Below, piece after piece: positions 28,364 through 31,453 of a DNA stretch of 31,453 nucleotides. Numbering within the stretch: position 1 is the first letter of the stretch; each line of letters opens with the position of its first letter. The translations under genes were made by a program, and so were the position numbers. Location of the stretch: the NCBI GenBank assembly GCA_016192455.1, contig JACPUC010000030.1, positions 124,001 through 155,453 of the forward strand, in the 5' to 3' direction. Under the pieces are notes generated by a model. That model worked only from the letters and a program-made list of their open reading frames with translations. It did not search any database and had not been told where the DNA came from. This DNA comes from Candidatus Tectimicrobiota bacterium. GTDB taxonomy: Bacteria; JACPUC01.

Positions 28364-29902
28364 ATGAGGGAGATCACGAACGTGGATCCCACTCTGAAGT
28401 CGATGCTTCATGCCCGCTGGCGTCGCAGCCGGCGTGCGCCCATCCGGACCTTCGTGGTGCTCCTGCTGGGGCTGTTCGCTCTCGCCCTCCCCCTGGTGAG
28501 TGGCGTGGGTGACAGCCAGGCCGGCGCTTCCAATGAGCCGCTCAGCAGGCGCTGGGTGGCGGACATCGTCAAGTCCCAGCGCCAGGCTGTCGTTGGGATC
28601 ACCACGCAGCGCCGAGCCAGCCAGAGCCAGCGGCAGTTCCGCGGCCCCTTCCATCGCAACCCGTCGCTGCGCGAATTCTTCGAGCGCTTCTTCGAGGAGA
28701 TGCCTCGCTCGCCTCGCGACCAGCGCGGCCTCGGCTCGGGTTTCATCATCTCGCGGGACGGATTTGTCATCACCAACAACCATGTCATCGACGAGGCGGA
28801 CGAGATTGTCTTGACGATGCACGATGACTCCGAGCAGACCGCTAAGGTCGTCGGCCGCGACCCGGCAACCGACCTTGCCCTCGTGAAGTTCGAGCCCAAG
28901 GCGGGCATGGAGCTCACCGTGGCGAAGCTCGGCAACTCCGACGACATGGAGATCGGCGATTGGGTGGTGGCGATCGGCAGTCCCTTCGGGCTCTTCGGCA
29001 CCGTGACCGTCGGTGTGGTGAGCGCCAAGGGGCGGAATATCGGCGGCGGCCGCTATGCCGACTTCATCCAGACCGACGCGCCGATCAACCCCGGCAACAG
29101 CGGGGGGCCGCTGCTCAACGTCAACGGGGAGGTCATCGGCATCAACACGATGATCATCCCCGGGGGCCAGGGCAATCCCTTCGGCGGCATGCCTGGGAAT
29201 ATCGGCATCGGCTTCGCCGTCCCCATCAACCAGGCCAAGAGCATCCTCGAGGACCTGCGCGAGAAGGGCAAGGTGACGCGCGGCTGGCTTGGGGTGTACA
29301 TCCAGAAGGTGACGCCGGAGCTGGCGGGGGAGTTCAAGCTCGAGAAGCCGCGCGGCGCCCTGGTGGCGGATGTCATGCAAGGTGGACCCGCCGAGAAGGC
29401 CGGCATCAAGAAAGGCGATATCATCACCGACTTCAACGGCAAGAAGATTGAAGAGATGGAAGAGCTGCCGCGCTTCGTGGCGCAAACGAAACCGGGGACA
29501 AAGGTGGCCCTGAAGTACATCCGCGACAGCAAGCCCCAGGAGGCGAACCTCGAGGTTGGCAAGCTCGAGGAGGACGTGGTTGCCGGACGCGCCGCGCCGG
29601 CCTTGAGCGAGCGGCTGGGGATGAACGTGCAGGACATCACCAGCGACATCGCGGAGAGCCTGGGGCTGAAGGAGACCCAGGGAATCCTCGTTGCCGATGT
29701 GGAGAGCGGCGGGGCCGGAGAAAAAGCCGGCATGCGCCGTGGCGATGTGATCCTCGAAGTGAACCGCAAGAGCATCAAGAGCGTGCGCGACTTCGAGGCG
29801 GAGCTGAACGCGGCGAAGGGGAAGGAGAGCGTGCTCATGCTCGTGAAACGGGGCGATAGCACGCGCTTTGTGGCCGTGAAACAGGGCAAGGAGAAGGGCT
29901 AG
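28364..29902 (+). CDS. degP: Do/DegQ-family (DegP/MucD-like) serine endoprotease with two PDZ domains
   Basis: 'GLGSGFII', 'TNNHVI', 'DLALVK', 'IQTDAPINPGNSGGPL'; two PDZ domains; start may be 28403. Confidence 0.94.
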   Translation: MREITNVDPTLKSMLHARWRRSRRAPIRTFVVLLLGLFALALPLVSGVGDSQAGASNEPLSRRWVADIVKSQRQAVVGITTQRRASQSQRQFRGPFHRNPSLREFFERFFEEMPRSPRDQRGLGSGFIISRDGFVITNNHVIDEADEIVLTMHDDSEQTAKVVGRDPATDLALVKFEPKAGMELTVAKLGNSDDMEIGDWVVAIGSPFGLFGTVTVGVVSAKGRNIGGGRYADFIQTDAPINPGNSGGPLLNVNGEVIGINTMIIPGGQGNPFGGMPGNIGIGFAVPINQAKSILEDLREKGKVTRGWLGVYIQKVTPELAGEFKLEKPRGALVADVMQGGPAEKAGIKKGDIITDFNGKKIEEMEELPRFVAQTKPGTKVALKYIRDSKPQEANLEVGKLEEDVVAGRAAPALSERLGMNVQDITSDIAESLGLKETQGILVADVESGGAGEKAGMRRGDVILEVNRKSIKSVRDFEAELNAAKGKESVLMLVKRGDSTRFVAVKQGKEKG

Positions 29903-30326
29903 CCGGCGCCGCGCCCCCTGTTGCGTGGAAGTTCGGGGCAGCGGCGAGGAGGGTCGCCCGCGGAGAGCGCCCGGCGCAACGGGCGGCGCAAGCGGCTCGT
30001 CCACCCAGGTCCCCCCCCGCGGGCGAAATGAAGATGCCCCGCTGAGTCTCGTCAGCGGGGCATCGTTGATTCGGCGCGGGCGTGGCGGGCGGAGCGTGGA
30101 AAACCGCCACCCTGCGCCAGGCCCGTGGACATCCTCGCCGCCGACTCCGAAGGTCGGCGCGCAGGTCCGCGCGAAAGCTGTGCTTGGCATCTCTTAGCGC
30201 CACCTCGCCCGAGGCCGGCAGAGCGTGTGGCGGTCAACGTGCTTCTCGCCAGACAGCCCGCCGCCATGGTATCCTGCTCCAGGATTCATGACCGACGCTG
30301 GCATTCTGGCTGCAAGGAGCCGACAA

Positions 30327-31316
30327 GTGTTCATGGATATTGAGTTCGATTCCGGAGCGGTGATTCCCCTTCCCGACGTGATGGAGCTGGCGCAGATCGC
30401 CGAAGCCAAGAACTTCGACACGGTGTGGGGCGGGGAGGCGAACAACAAGGACCCCATCATCATGCTGGCGGGGATTGCCGCGCGCACCACGAAGGTAAAG
30501 CTCGGCACGGCCATCTACCACATCTTCGGGCGCAGCCCGGTGAGCATGGCGATCATGTCGGCCACCCTCGAGGAGCTGTCGCAGGGGCGCTTCCTGGTCG
30601 GCTTCGGGGTCTCGAATCAGAACATCGCGCGCTGGCATGGCGCCACCTTCGAGAAGCCGGTTCGGGCCATGCGCGAATACATCGAGCTCTTCCGCAAAGC
30701 GTACGCCGGCGAGAAGCTCTCCTACCACGGAGAGTTTTTCAGCTCCGAGAACTTCAAGCTCGCCTTCACGGCGCCGGGGCCATCCGTGCCGATCTACGTC
30801 GGCACCCTCGGTCCGCAGATGGCGCGCATGGCGGGGCGCCTCTGCGACGGCGTCATCATCAATATGGCCGTTCCCTCCGAGGTGCGGCGCATCGGTGACG
30901 TGGCCCGGGAAGGGGCGAGGGAGGCGGGCCGCGACCCCGCCAAGATCGAGGTCGTCTGCAAGCTGCGCTGCTCGCTGCATGAGGACCTCGAGGCCGCCAG
31001 GCGGCCGCTGCGGCAGATCGCCGCCTACTACTGCCTCCCCGACTTCTACCGCGACATGATGGCGCGCGTCGGCTTTGCCGACACCGTTGACCGCATGCGC
31101 CAGGTGCATCGGGAGAAGGGCTTCCGCGCCGCCGTGGAGCTGATCTCCAACGACATGCTCGACGAGCTGCCGACCGTGGCCGCCCAATCAATCGAGCCGA
31201 TCCGCGAGCGGCTGGCGCGCTTCGAAGCGGCGGGCGCCAACCGCGTCATCATCTCCTATGTCCCCTGCTCGGATGACGTGACCGCCGAGACGCGCCGCTT
31301 CCTGGACATCTTCTAG
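30327..31316 (+). CDS. LLM-class flavin/F420-dependent oxidoreductase (Mer-like)
   Basis: 'FDTVWGGE', 'KLGTAI', 'LSQGRFLVGFGVS', 'PIYVGTLGPQMARMAG'; AAGGAG SD 7 nt before GTG 30327 (or ATG 30333). Confidence 0.9.
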   Translation: MFMDIEFDSGAVIPLPDVMELAQIAEAKNFDTVWGGEANNKDPIIMLAGIAARTTKVKLGTAIYHIFGRSPVSMAIMSATLEELSQGRFLVGFGVSNQNIARWHGATFEKPVRAMREYIELFRKAYAGEKLSYHGEFFSSENFKLAFTAPGPSVPIYVGTLGPQMARMAGRLCDGVIINMAVPSEVRRIGDVAREGAREAGRDPAKIEVVCKLRCSLHEDLEAARRPLRQIAAYYCLPDFYRDMMARVGFADTVDRMRQVHREKGFRAAVELISNDMLDELPTVAAQSIEPIRERLARFEAAGANRVIISYVPCSDDVTAETRRFLDIF

Positions 31317-31453
31317 GAGCCTGTCGGGGTAATGGTTACCGGCAGGGGTGATAGGTCAGGGTGCGGGGGTCGTCGTCCTGGTGCGTCGGGTTCAGGAAGC
31401 TGGACGACGCCTGCCTGCCCGCAGGCGCCTGTCTGCGTCAACGGAGAGGGAGA

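Noticed and set aside
31313-31453. Possible IS end (CTAG followed by GAGCCTGTCGG) at the window edge
   Set aside because: No transposase or partner inverted repeat is visible; it is equally explained as a hairpin (CCTGTCGG…CCGGCAGG) after the stop codon

Overview
GC-rich bacterial chromosomal window mixing housekeeping and accessory genes. In order: two NitT/TauT-type ABC substrate-binding proteins (-); an orphan DMSO-reductase-family molybdoenzyme catalytic subunit (+) behind an FNR/CRP-like box; an ABM/IsdG-like monooxygenase and a small sulfite-oxidase-type Moco domain protein (-); DAHP synthase; a hotdog thioesterase; RNase R; an MBL-fold protein; two NitT/TauT permeases (-); a UbiD-family decarboxylase plus LLM oxidoreductase; a secreted S8 subtilase; a GxxExxY nuclease-like gene; lepA-lepB-lepB (-) divergent from rpoE/anti-sigma/rseB/degP (+); and another LLM oxidoreductase. 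Two signals stand out. (1) An apparently stand-alone ~520-nt transcription unit upstream of rnr (9323-9881), missed by the ORF track, encodes two homologous 21-aa peptides ending A-x-x-G-x-F-K-[FY]-P-x-stop, each followed by the same hairpin base. (2) The GxxExxY gene has both its start and stop codons inside 9-nt-periodic palindromic repeats, suggesting a REP-like selfish nuclease/repeat system. All calls come from reading motifs by eye; no database search or folding program was run.
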